Below, in pieces: positions 27,562 through 37,222 of a stretch of 64,000 nt of DNA. The number at the start of each line of letters is the position of its first letter. The first letter of the stretch is position 1. Position numbers and translations under genes: made by a program. The notes under the pieces are model-generated. The model did no database searches, was not told where the DNA came from, and saw nothing but the letters and a program-made list of their open reading frames with translations. The stretch is from positions 204,154 through 268,153 of the forward strand of contig JBAZTA010000002.1 in the NCBI GenBank assembly GCA_041662125.1, read 5' to 3'. Source of the stretch: Candidatus Omnitrophota bacterium. Lineage in GTDB: Bacteria; Omnitrophota; Gorgyraeia; Gygaellales; Profunditerraquicolaceae.

Positions 27562-28443
27562 ATGAAACGACGGATACTATCTCTTTCTTTTCTTTTTCTT
27601 TTCCTCTTTATCGCCCCAGCCTCTCCTGAGCCGTCAGGACAGCATTGTTTTTTGTGGGAAGTCCGGGCGGGCCAAACTGTAGTATATATCTTAGGATCGA
27701 TACATATTTTTAAGAACGAATTATACCCTTTAGATCCCCGGATAGAAGAAGCTTTTAATAATGCTGATACACTTGTTGTCGAGGCAGATATAAATCAGGC
27801 CAGCCTTCTTACGAATGTCTCAGTATTGGAAAAAGCGGTTTATCAGGAAGGCGATTCTCTGGAGCGGCATCTTTCGCAACAGGCCTATGAGAGTATTAAT
27901 CAGCGTTGTGCTCCTCTTGGGCTCGATTTAAGTTTGTTTGGGCAGTTTAAACCCTGGTTTGTCGCGATGCAAGTTACCGTTATGAGTTATTTACAGTTAG
28001 GCTATGACCCGACTTCAGGAATTGACCTGTATTTTTTAAACAAGGCATCGGCAAAAAAGATAGAGGAATTAGAAAGCGTTGAGTATCAGATCAATATGCT
28101 GGATTCGATGTCTGATAGAAATCAGGAATATTTTCTTCTTTCTTCTCTTAAAGATATTGATAGCCAGGAGGCTGAGATGAATGCGTATATACAAGCCTGG
28201 CTTGCCGGAGATCTTGTTTCTCTCGAAGATTCTTTGTTCCAGAAATTGAGGGAGCAACCGGAGATCGCAGGGATGTATGAGGCATTGCTTTTTGAAAGAA
28301 ACAGGGATATGGTATCAAAAATAGAAGGGTACCTGCGCAACTCCGGGACGTATTTTGTGGTTGTCGGAGCCGGACATTTAGCAGGTGAAAAAGGTATTCT
28401 TAAGTTGTTACAGCAAAAAGGCTATTCTGTACGGCAGATATAG
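27562..28443 (+). CDS. TraB/GumN-family protein, secreted
   Basis: Signal peptide; FLWEV...VYILGSIH motif of TraB/GumN (PF01963) family. Confidence 0.65.
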   Translation: MKRRILSLSFLFLFLFIAPASPEPSGQHCFLWEVRAGQTVVYILGSIHIFKNELYPLDPRIEEAFNNADTLVVEADINQASLLTNVSVLEKAVYQEGDSLERHLSQQAYESINQRCAPLGLDLSLFGQFKPWFVAMQVTVMSYLQLGYDPTSGIDLYFLNKASAKKIEELESVEYQINMLDSMSDRNQEYFLLSSLKDIDSQEAEMNAYIQAWLAGDLVSLEDSLFQKLREQPEIAGMYEALLFERNRDMVSKIEGYLRNSGTYFVVVGAGHLAGEKGILKLLQQKGYSVRQI

Positions 28444-28604
28444 ATGCGAGCAGCAGATACCGATACGGTAATATTCTATCAGCTTTAAGGCCGCCAGAAG
28501 GGTTGGTTCCTGGTAAGATCTTTTTTGAGGGTGGAACTTATTTTTTTGAAATAATACTTGATATGTTAAAGGTTGTATGATATATTGTTGATGATGCAAG
28601 TATA

Positions 28605-29093
28605 TTGGAAGGGAAAGCTATAATGCTTAAAAGGTTTGGTATTAATTCGGGAAGCGAAAATTATCGTGAAACCGCTGTGTACGGCCTGGCGTACGCGTAT
28701 TCCCTTATTGAGAATAAAATAGCCGATTATCTTAGGCCTTTTGGCCTGAGCGTAGCTAAATTTAACGCTTTGCTGGTGGTAAAGCATATCGGGAAAGAAG
28801 AGGGACTCAGCCAGGGAGAGCTCGGCAGGCGTTTGATCGTTACTCCCTCAAACATAACCCGGCTCTTGGATCGGTTGTCTCAAGACGGATTTATAGAGCG
28901 GCTTGCGAGAAAAGGTGACCGCAGGGTGCATTTGATCAGGATCACCCGGGAAGGGTCCGATATCCTTGATAAGGCATGGCCGGGGTATTATAAAAAAGTG
29001 CACACGATAGCGAACCTTATGGATGAAAAGAAGCTCCGGCAGGTTTCTCAAGGGATCGTGGATTGGTGCGGTAAGTTAGATAATACAGTATGA
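28605..29093 (+). CDS. MarR-family transcriptional regulator
   Basis: Winged-helix pattern LSxxxFxxLxxxxxxxxxxxxxLxxxLxxxxxxxTRLLDRLxxxGxIER...D.R; overlaps next gene start (ATGA). Confidence 0.8.
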   Translation: MEGKAIMLKRFGINSGSENYRETAVYGLAYAYSLIENKIADYLRPFGLSVAKFNALLVVKHIGKEEGLSQGELGRRLIVTPSNITRLLDRLSQDGFIERLARKGDRRVHLIRITREGSDILDKAWPGYYKKVHTIANLMDEKKLRQVSQGIVDWCGKLDNTV

Positions 29094-30379
29094 AGATATT
29101 ATTTGTTATGCCACGGTTGGGGCTCTATAAAAAAGGAAGAGGGTTTAGAAAGAATCTGACCTATGCGCCATTGACATTAACAACATTGGCTTCATTGGTC
29201 CCCCAAGGACTGAACGCAGAGATGCGGATAATAGACGAAGGCGTGGAGGAATGCGATTATGGTTTGTTTTCCCCTGATATTGTTTGTTTGACCGGGATAA
29301 CCGGGCATATTTTAAGGTCTTATGAAATAGCCGATAGTTTTAGAAAAAGAGGGGTAACGGTGATAATGGGCGGTGTGCACGCTACCCTTATGCCGCATGA
29401 GGCCAAGCAGCATGCCGATTCAGTTGTCGTGGGCCATGCCTACAAAACTTTTCCGCAAGCATTAATGGATTGGAAGAGCGGGAGATTGCAGGAATATTAT
29501 AAAGATGACGATCCTTGTTTTGAGGCAATCCCTGCGCCGCGCAGGGACTTGCTTTACGCAAAGGGGTATATTTCGACCAATACGACGCAGGCAGTGTTCG
29601 GATGCCCCTGTAATTGCGAGTTTTGCGTTATAAGCGCAACAAAGTCAGGGTATCACCACAGGCCGATCCCCGAAGTCATTGAAGAAATAAAGAACATGAG
29701 ATCTCAATTGATCTTTTTTTTAGACCCTTCCCCTATCGAAGATAAAGAGTATAGTAAAGAATTATACAGGCAGATGATACCGTTAAAGATAAACTGGATG
29801 GGGTTATCGACATCCAAGATAATCGATGACGATGAATTATTGTCTTTGGCTTATGAAAGCGGCTGCGCGGGTTTATTGATCGGTTTTGAATCTGTATCGG
29901 AAAAAAGCCTCAAGAAAATGAATAAGAATTTCAACAGTATTGAAAAACATTTCCGGCTCGTTAAAGAACTTCATAAGAGAAATATATCTATTATGGGGTG
30001 CTTCGTTTTCGGTTCAGATGAAGACGAAAAGGCTGTGTTTGAAGAAACCGTAAGGTTTTGCCTGCAGGCCGGCATTGACCTGCCGCGTTTTACTGTTTAT
30101 ACCCCGTTTCCCGCCACGGCCCTTTTTAGCCGATTAAAAGAAGAAGGCAGGATACTGACAACGAATTGGTCGAAATATAATTGCCAGAATGTCGTGTTCC
30201 AGCCCAAGAAGATGGCTGTGCATGAGCTTGAGGCCGGGCTTGCATATGCCTGGAAAGAATGCTACAAAGTAAAAAATATTATGAGAAGGTTGTTAAATGC
30301 CAGGACCAGGTTATTCTATATGATCGTGGCTAACCTGGGGTACCGGTTCTATAGTAAAGAACATGAAAAATATAAATGA
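29090..30379 (+). CDS. class B radical SAM enzyme with N-terminal B12-binding domain
   Basis: N-terminal Rossmann-like B12 domain then CPCNCEFC (CX3CX2C), GFESVS, TVYTPFPAT motifs. Confidence 0.8.
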   Translation: MKILFVMPRLGLYKKGRGFRKNLTYAPLTLTTLASLVPQGLNAEMRIIDEGVEECDYGLFSPDIVCLTGITGHILRSYEIADSFRKRGVTVIMGGVHATLMPHEAKQHADSVVVGHAYKTFPQALMDWKSGRLQEYYKDDDPCFEAIPAPRRDLLYAKGYISTNTTQAVFGCPCNCEFCVISATKSGYHHRPIPEVIEEIKNMRSQLIFFLDPSPIEDKEYSKELYRQMIPLKINWMGLSTSKIIDDDELLSLAYESGCAGLLIGFESVSEKSLKKMNKNFNSIEKHFRLVKELHKRNISIMGCFVFGSDEDEKAVFEETVRFCLQAGIDLPRFTVYTPFPATALFSRLKEEGRILTTNWSKYNCQNVVFQPKKMAVHELEAGLAYAWKECYKVKNIMRRLLNARTRLFYMIVANLGYRFYSKEHEKYK

Positions 30380-30433
30380 GCCGGGGGGAATGTCTGTTTT
30401 TAAGAGGTTGAAACAATCGCCAAGGAGCTGTAT

Positions 30434-31765
30434 TTGAAGATAACCCTTATCATGCCCGCAGTCGGCAGAAAGCAGCATGAGCCTTATATTGATTCCTGGA
30501 AGATGGAACCGCTGGCTTTGGCCACCCTTGCCGGCTTGACTCCGCCTGATATCGCCATCGATTTTTTCGACGATAGAATAGAGGCGATTGATTATGGCCG
30601 TGAATCTGACCTGGTGGCGATAAACGTCGAGACGTATACCGCCCGGAGGGCGTATGAGATCTCAAAGCGGTTCCGTCAACGTGGCCGGCACGTTGTTTTA
30701 GGAGGTTTTCATCCTACTCTTTTCCCGGATGAAGCGATTGAATTCGCTGATGCCGTCGTTATCGGAGAGGCAGAGGATATATGGGCTCATGTCATCGAAG
30801 ACGCGAAAAAAAGGGGACTGAAAAAATATTATAGATCCCCGGGCCGGCCTGTGCTGAAGGGAGTGAATCCGAGGAGGGAAATATTCGCGAATAAGCGCTA
30901 TTTACCCGTTTCTTTGGTTGAATCCGGCAGGGGATGTGCGTTCTCCTGCGATTTCTGTTCTGTCAGCAGATTTTTTAATCAATCCTACGTTGCCCGCCCG
31001 ATCCAGGATATTGTCCGGGAGATAGAGTCATTAGGGAAAAAGTTAATTTTTTTAGTCGATGACAATTTCGGTGTGGACATGAAACGGGCAAAGGAACTTT
31101 GCCAGGCGCTTATCCCTCTGAAGATTACCTGGTTCAGCCAGGGGAGTATCAACATGTCCGAAGATGAAGAGCTGCTTGCGGTAATGAAAAAAAGCGGTTG
31201 CCTGGGGCTGCTGATCGGTCTTGAATCGCTTAATAAAGATAATCTTTCGCAGATGAATAAATCATGGAACCGCGGCCCTGCGTATTACACTGAAGCGTTA
31301 CAGAGGTTCCGGCACCATGGTTTAGTGATTTACGCTACCTTCGTTTTTGGTTACGACCATGATGATGCGCGTTCATTTGACCTTACGCTTGATTTCGCGG
31401 TTAAAAACAAATTTTTCCTCGCGGCGTTTAACCATGTCGTCCCGTTTCCCGGGACGCCGTTATATGGCCATCTCAAAAAAGAAGGCCGATTACTGTATGA
31501 CCATTGGTGGCTGGAGCCTGCGTATAGGTTCGGGGATGTCGCTTTTAAGCCTCTGCAGATCAGCCCTGAAGAATTATCGCGCGGTTGTATGGATGCGCGC
31601 AGAAAATTCTATCAATTCAGTTCTTTGTTACGCAGGTCTGTTGATTTTAAAGCAAATTGCAGTGACCTGTATCGCGCGCTGTATTTTTTTTCGATAAACC
31701 TACTTTCACAAAAAGAGGTAGTTAAAAGGCAGGGGCTGCCCCTGGGAAATGAAGGGGTTTGTTGA
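30434..31765 (+). CDS. class B radical SAM enzyme with N-terminal B12-binding domain (paralog)
   Basis: CAFSCDFC CX3CX2C, same architecture as 29090..30379; TTG start with AAGGAG SD (alt ATG 30452). Confidence 0.8.
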   Translation: MKITLIMPAVGRKQHEPYIDSWKMEPLALATLAGLTPPDIAIDFFDDRIEAIDYGRESDLVAINVETYTARRAYEISKRFRQRGRHVVLGGFHPTLFPDEAIEFADAVVIGEAEDIWAHVIEDAKKRGLKKYYRSPGRPVLKGVNPRREIFANKRYLPVSLVESGRGCAFSCDFCSVSRFFNQSYVARPIQDIVREIESLGKKLIFLVDDNFGVDMKRAKELCQALIPLKITWFSQGSINMSEDEELLAVMKKSGCLGLLIGLESLNKDNLSQMNKSWNRGPAYYTEALQRFRHHGLVIYATFVFGYDHDDARSFDLTLDFAVKNKFFLAAFNHVVPFPGTPLYGHLKKEGRLLYDHWWLEPAYRFGDVAFKPLQISPEELSRGCMDARRKFYQFSSLLRRSVDFKANCSDLYRALYFFSINLLSQKEVVKRQGLPLGNEGVC

Positions 31766-32883
31766 ACACTATGCGCAGATTCAGCTTTAAAATAGCCGAA
31801 GAACCTGATGACCAGGCGATCCGGAAAGTTATTGAGAATACCCCCATGGAGGGAAAGATCGGTATTGCTTTTAAACGTGAGCCGAGTTATTTTGCTGCCG
31901 CCACGGTTGGGAATGAATTCCACCAGACTATAATAGCCACGGAAGAAAGCTCAGGCGACATTGTGGCAGTGGGGAGCCGTTCCATAAAATCAGCTTACAT
32001 AAACGGGGAGGTCAGTCCCGTCGGATATTTAAGCAGCCTGAGAATAAAAGATAATTATCGCAACAATCTCTTGTTGGCCCGCGGTTATGAGTACCTTAAT
32101 AAATTGCATCAGGATAAAAAGGCGCCGCTGTATATCACGTCTATAGTCTCCGATAATGTCCCCGCGCTCGGCCTGTTGACAAGTGAAAGAGCGGGGCTGC
32201 CCCGCTACCGTGACCTGGGCTCGTACTGTACAACCGCGATCGGGCTGTCCCGGAGGAACCATGATTTAAGGGGCGGGCTGACGATCATCAGAGGCTCGCA
32301 TAAGAACATAGATGCTATTGTTGCGTGTTTGAACAGGAATGGAAAAAATAAACAATTCTATCCTTATTATACAAAGGAACTTTTCCTCTCCGGAAACGGC
32401 ATGCTCAGGGATTTTGTTCTCGATAATTTTTATGCGGCGGTCAAGGATGATGCCATTGTCGGCGTGGCAGCGAAATGGGACCAGGGGAACTTTAAGCAGA
32501 CGCTCGTTACGGGATACCGGGGGTCGTTGCGTTTTATTAAAGCTTTTTATAACCTGGGTGCTGCGCTGGCTGGTTTGCCTTTGCTTCCGCGGCCGAATAC
32601 GCGCTTAAAATTGTTGTACGCGGGATTTATCGCCGTCGATAATAATGATGAGGGGATTTTCCGGGCATTATTGCGCGCGCTGTATAACGGCGCAGCGGCA
32701 TCCGGTTACGATTACCTTCTTGTCGGGCTGTGCCAAAACGATCCCTTGTTAAAGCCTATAAGGGAAGGGTACTGTTTTATTAAGTATGAGAGCAGGGTTT
32801 TCGCGGTCGTTTGGGATGACGGCTTGGATCTTTACAACAAGTTGGACGGGCGGATCCCGTATTTAGAATTAGCGACATTGTAG
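31759..32883 (+). CDS. hypothetical protein, possibly GNAT-fold acyltransferase-like
   Basis: 374 aa; no sharp motif; weak resemblance to N-acyltransferase (OlsB/FemAB-like) N-terminus; overlaps previous gene by 7 nt. Confidence 0.35.
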   Translation: MLNTMRRFSFKIAEEPDDQAIRKVIENTPMEGKIGIAFKREPSYFAAATVGNEFHQTIIATEESSGDIVAVGSRSIKSAYINGEVSPVGYLSSLRIKDNYRNNLLLARGYEYLNKLHQDKKAPLYITSIVSDNVPALGLLTSERAGLPRYRDLGSYCTTAIGLSRRNHDLRGGLTIIRGSHKNIDAIVACLNRNGKNKQFYPYYTKELFLSGNGMLRDFVLDNFYAAVKDDAIVGVAAKWDQGNFKQTLVTGYRGSLRFIKAFYNLGAALAGLPLLPRPNTRLKLLYAGFIAVDNNDEGIFRALLRALYNGAAASGYDYLLVGLCQNDPLLKPIREGYCFIKYESRVFAVVWDDGLDLYNKLDGRIPYLELATL

Positions 32884-32905
32884 CTTTGTTTTAAGGAGGA
32901 AGAGA

Positions 32906-33634
32906 TTGTTTCGGCTTACCGGTGGTATTATTGAGGCCTCAGAGCTTACGGTTGAACAAATAAACGAAATGTTCAGCCTTTTTTGCCTGTATTTCAATCA
33001 CGTTGATCGTGAGCAATTTGATAGGGACCTGCAAGAGAAGAACTGGGTAATAATCTTACGGGATGCCTCCTGCGGAGGCATCAAGGGATTTTCAACTCAG
33101 ATGGTCATGGATCGTCTTGTCGATGGAGTTACCGTCAAAGCGGTCTTTTCCGGCGATACGATAATTCATAAGGATTTCTGGGGTGAACCCGCGCTTGCGA
33201 AGGTCTGGCTGAATTTTGTTTGTTCTTTGGCGAAACGCTATGACGGGACTAAGCTGTATTGGTTCCTGGTAGCTATGGGCTATAAGACGTATCGTTTTCT
33301 CCCCGTGTATTTCAACGAATTTTATCCCTGTTACGATAGAAAAACTCCTCAATTCGAAAAAAATGTTTTAGACAGCCTTGCCGCTTTCAAATATCCTTTC
33401 GAATACAATAAAGAGGCGGGTATAATCCATCATGCGTCGGAGAAAGAGACTTTAAAGGCAGGAGTCGCCGACGTTACCCCAACGCGTATGCATAACCCGC
33501 ATATTGATTTTTTTGTCAAGAAGAATCCCGGGTATTCGTTTGGCGATGAATTGGCATGCCTGGCCCTTATTAACGAAGAGAATTTAAAACCGGTTGCTAA
33601 CCGTGTTATGGGGGCATATGGTAATTCATTGTGA
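32906..33634 (+). CDS. hypothetical protein, possibly GNAT-fold acyltransferase-like
   Basis: 242 aa; uncharacterised; clustered with radical SAM genes. Confidence 0.35.
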   Translation: MFRLTGGIIEASELTVEQINEMFSLFCLYFNHVDREQFDRDLQEKNWVIILRDASCGGIKGFSTQMVMDRLVDGVTVKAVFSGDTIIHKDFWGEPALAKVWLNFVCSLAKRYDGTKLYWFLVAMGYKTYRFLPVYFNEFYPCYDRKTPQFEKNVLDSLAAFKYPFEYNKEAGIIHHASEKETLKAGVADVTPTRMHNPHIDFFVKKNPGYSFGDELACLALINEENLKPVANRVMGAYGNSL

Positions 33635-34799
33635 GAGGGATATTCAATTATTAAACCGTTTAGTCGCTTTGGGCGCGAAGAAAATTTGTTCTGTTAATAA
33701 TAAGCGGGCTCAAGACTTGATCCGGCGGGAGATGGAGGAACGGATCCCGGGGAGGTATGCGTATTGGCAAGAAGAGTTCCCGGTAAAGGTATGTACTTTA
33801 AACCAGGCAAAGATATATTTCAACAATAAAGATTGTAATGCTTATCTTCTTGATTATACCGGCGCGCAAGGCAAGGGCGTAACGGGGGAACTGGTTTATC
33901 TTGGAAATGCGACAGAGAGAGATTTTAGGAATAACGATGTGCGGGGCAAGGTCGTTGCCTGTAAGTATGGGATAGCCAACCACCGGATCTTACAGGTTGA
34001 ACGCGCTCAAAGATACAAAGCAGCGGGTATGATCATTATTTCAGGGCATCGTGATTTGTTCCAGATCGGCACAGGGTGCCCTGAGTTTAAAGATGCAGTA
34101 GGGATCCCCGCGCTTTCCATACCTAAGAAAGATTGGCTGGATTTATCAAGGTCAACCGGAAAGCAGATAACGCTGGAGTATCGGCAAAGGATAGTTACCG
34201 GGGTAGCAAAAAATCTTATCTTTGACCTTTCACAAGAGGATTCAAAGGAGTATATAGTCATCGGCGCGCATTTTGATACGTGGACTTCCGGGGCCCAGGA
34301 TAATAGTATCGGAGTAGTGATGCTTGTTGCTTTAGCTGAGTATCTCGCCGGGAGAGGGTATAAGAAAAACATACGTATCATATTCTTCGATGCTGAAGAA
34401 GTGGGAATGGCGGGGTCAAAATGGCATACGAGCCACGCTGACGTGAAAAACTACTGCGCATATATTAATTTAGAGATGCCCGTGCCTGGTAAGGATGCAA
34501 ATATCAGGGCGGTTTTATTTTCCCGTGAGCCGTTTATTCGGAATGCGATCCCTCTGGCACAAGCAGCGCGCCATTGGTTCTTGCCAATACCGTTAAATCT
34601 GTTTTACCGGATAAGTAAAAGCTTGTTTCCTTCTGATGTGGATAGTTTCTTTCAGAAGGGAATTCCCTGCATAACCACATATTGCGGTACTGCTTACTAT
34701 CATACTTCTGAAGATACCGTGGATAAGCTGGACCTGCGGATGTACCCGGTGGTCCTTTCGATGATAGAAAAAATTGTGAGAAAGCTGGAAAGCCGTTAA
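33594..34799 (+). CDS. M28-family metallopeptidase with PA domain
   Basis: HFDTW...D...DAEEVGMAGS...H zinc-ligand pattern of M28 aminopeptidases; PA-like insert; true start may be internal (overlaps upstream gene by 41 nt). Confidence 0.7.
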   Translation: MLTVLWGHMVIHCERDIQLLNRLVALGAKKICSVNNKRAQDLIRREMEERIPGRYAYWQEEFPVKVCTLNQAKIYFNNKDCNAYLLDYTGAQGKGVTGELVYLGNATERDFRNNDVRGKVVACKYGIANHRILQVERAQRYKAAGMIIISGHRDLFQIGTGCPEFKDAVGIPALSIPKKDWLDLSRSTGKQITLEYRQRIVTGVAKNLIFDLSQEDSKEYIVIGAHFDTWTSGAQDNSIGVVMLVALAEYLAGRGYKKNIRIIFFDAEEVGMAGSKWHTSHADVKNYCAYINLEMPVPGKDANIRAVLFSREPFIRNAIPLAQAARHWFLPIPLNLFYRISKSLFPSDVDSFFQKGIPCITTYCGTAYYHTSEDTVDKLDLRMYPVVLSMIEKIVRKLESR

Positions 34800-36119
34800 A
34801 TGATCATTAACAAAACAACCTCTTATTGCTGTGAATGCTCAAAGAGCCATGCTGCGACTATAGAGCACAATGGCGCGTGTATTAATTTTCTTGTTGATTG
34901 CCCGAAAGGAATAAAGTCTTCCCGGATCTCCGCTGATGCCGGTATTTTCCTGGGGATCAGGAGGAAATATCCCCGGGATCTTTCTCTCCCTGCGGTTCAT
35001 AAAGGCAAGAAATGGTCCCATCTCATCGAAATAACCGATGACTGTAATTTTAAGTGCCCGGTTTGTTACGCTGATGCCGGCAGCGGGCCTGTAAAAACCT
35101 TCTTGACCCAGGAAGCTGTTTTAGAGAGGGCGGCTGCCGTAAGAAAGAGCGGCGGTAAGATCGTTACGCTTACCGGCGGTGAACCGACGTTGCATTCCGA
35201 TTTACCCGTACTAGTCAGGAAAATCACCGATAGGGGATTAAAGGTTGAGATCGCAACGAACGGCATGAAAATCGCGCAGGATCCCGGCTATGCGCGGAGC
35301 CTTAAAGAAAGCGGGTTACAGCGGGCGTGGTTACAGTTAGATACGCTTAATGAAGATACTCACCTGAAAATGCGGGGAAATGATTTTGTGGAACAGAAAA
35401 GAAAGGCTGCAGGTAATATTATTGCCTGCGGATTGCGTTTAGGGATCATTGTTACCGTGACCAGCTTGAATATCAATGATATCGATAGTATCCTGGAATA
35501 CAGCCTTACTCTGGGCGCTCAACTGGATTTTATTGTTTTTCAGGTAGCTGCTCCCGCAGGCAGATACCAGCTTTTGGCGGATACGATCACCGATAGAGAA
35601 GCGGTCATAAAAAGGCTGATGACTTCCCGTGTGCTGCATACTGTTCGATCGATAGACAACTTTTGGCCCCTGCCGGCATTCAGGCCATGGCAGCTGGAAG
35701 TACACCCGGATTGCTCCGCTATCTTGTTTCTCCTGGTGGAAGGTACAAGCGCGCAACCCATCGATGATCTTATAAATATGCCGGCATTTTACCGGCGTTT
35801 GAACGCTAATACTATGCCTCCAAGTTTCTTGAGCAGGAATATCGTCCCCATTTTTTATGCGTTGAGAGAAACCAGCCTGAAGAATTTGTTAAAGCTTATG
35901 CAGTATCTGTATGGTTTTATCACCGGCCGCGGAAAAAAAAGAATGATGGTCATATCTATCGACAGTTTCCTGGGCGCTGAATATCAGGATGAGCAAAGGC
36001 TCGCCCGCTGCGCCAACTCTTTTGTTACGCCTTTCGGGTTGCTGTCCCCTTGTATATACAACTATCCGGATAAAAGAAGAGCGGGCTCGCGTAAAAACTT
36101 GGAGGAAAGATGCGGTTAG
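34800..36119 (+). CDS. radical SAM protein with Cys-rich N-terminal extension
   Basis: CNFKCPVC CX3CX2C, GGEPTLH glycine-rich SAM motif; N-terminal YCCECSKSH...GAC...DCPKG. Confidence 0.75.
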   Translation: MIINKTTSYCCECSKSHAATIEHNGACINFLVDCPKGIKSSRISADAGIFLGIRRKYPRDLSLPAVHKGKKWSHLIEITDDCNFKCPVCYADAGSGPVKTFLTQEAVLERAAAVRKSGGKIVTLTGGEPTLHSDLPVLVRKITDRGLKVEIATNGMKIAQDPGYARSLKESGLQRAWLQLDTLNEDTHLKMRGNDFVEQKRKAAGNIIACGLRLGIIVTVTSLNINDIDSILEYSLTLGAQLDFIVFQVAAPAGRYQLLADTITDREAVIKRLMTSRVLHTVRSIDNFWPLPAFRPWQLEVHPDCSAILFLLVEGTSAQPIDDLINMPAFYRRLNANTMPPSFLSRNIVPIFYALRETSLKNLLKLMQYLYGFITGRGKKRMMVISIDSFLGAEYQDEQRLARCANSFVTPFGLLSPCIYNYPDKRRAGSRKNLEERCG

Positions 36120-37201
36120 TTAATAATTTGCGGTATGCTTTTGTCAGCGCAGCGTTAACTGTTCCCGCGTTTAAGCAGCTGAAAGAAACGGCAGTGAAGC
36201 TGCTCTTAGGGCACAATAAAATCATCGGCTGGGAAAATTTTTTGCCGGTCCGCAGTTTAATTGTGCCGGCTGAATATAGCCGGCCTTTTATCACCTCCGC
36301 CGCACGCCTGTATAATTCAGGGCGGTATGACCTGCATTACCCGGGTTTGGCTACTCTTTCTCTTACTTCTCGGTGTGATTGTGATTGTTTACATTGTACC
36401 GCTTATGGGCAGGGGGGCAATGAGCTTTCAACAGGGCAATGGGTCGATATCATCCGTAAATCTGCCGATTTGGGGGTTTTTAGCTTTGGTTTTACCGGAG
36501 GAGAGCCGCTTTTAAGGGAGGACCTTGCGGAAATCATCCGGGCAGTGGATAAAAAGAGGTCTATTTGTCTTATATATACCAACGGCTCGAAATTAAAGCA
36601 ACGGGCGAAAGAATTGTATAAAGCAGGTTTAAGGCGGGTCCTGGTAAGCATTGATTTTCCGGATGAGCAATCGCATGATAGGCACCGTAAGCATGGCGGT
36701 TTGATGAATAAGGCGCTCGCGGGATTGGAAGAAGCGCGGCGGTTAGGCATGCTGGTAGGTTTCTCGACGTTTGTTTCTCCTGAGAGGTTTTATTCCGGGA
36801 CTGTTGAAAAGATTTTCCAGCTGGGGGTTGAGAAAAAAGTTAACGAGATAGCGGTGTTTGATGCGCTGCCTTCCGGACGCCTGGAAAATCAAACTGAACT
36901 TAAGCATGCTGCGCCGCAGTATACCGCAGAACTTCGCACGTTCATAGAATCCTGGTGGATGAAGAGAAATGCCCCCGGGGTGTGGTGGTACGGCCATTTT
37001 CGGTCTTTCCAGGCTTGTGGATGTCCCGGCGGGACATCGATGTTCAATATCTCCGCGAGTGGGGAATTCCGTCCGTGCGACTTTTGTAAAGTCAGTGTCG
37101 GCTCGGTAACGAAAGACAGCCTTGAGGCTCTTTGGATAAGGCTGAACAACCTGGCGAAAGAACAACGCAGTAGAGGAAATGAATGCTGGCTTTTACGGTA
37201 A
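36110..37201 (+). CDS. radical SAM protein with C-terminal SPASM/twitch-like Cys cluster
   Basis: CDCLHC core (CX3CX2C), GGEPLL motif; C-terminal CGCPGG...C..C auxiliary-cluster pattern. Confidence 0.75.
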   Translation: MRLVNNLRYAFVSAALTVPAFKQLKETAVKLLLGHNKIIGWENFLPVRSLIVPAEYSRPFITSAARLYNSGRYDLHYPGLATLSLTSRCDCDCLHCTAYGQGGNELSTGQWVDIIRKSADLGVFSFGFTGGEPLLREDLAEIIRAVDKKRSICLIYTNGSKLKQRAKELYKAGLRRVLVSIDFPDEQSHDRHRKHGGLMNKALAGLEEARRLGMLVGFSTFVSPERFYSGTVEKIFQLGVEKKVNEIAVFDALPSGRLENQTELKHAAPQYTAELRTFIESWWMKRNAPGVWWYGHFRSFQACGCPGGTSMFNISASGEFRPCDFCKVSVGSVTKDSLEALWIRLNNLAKEQRSRGNECWLLR

Positions 37202-37222
37202 GAAGGGACCGGTAAAGAAAAT

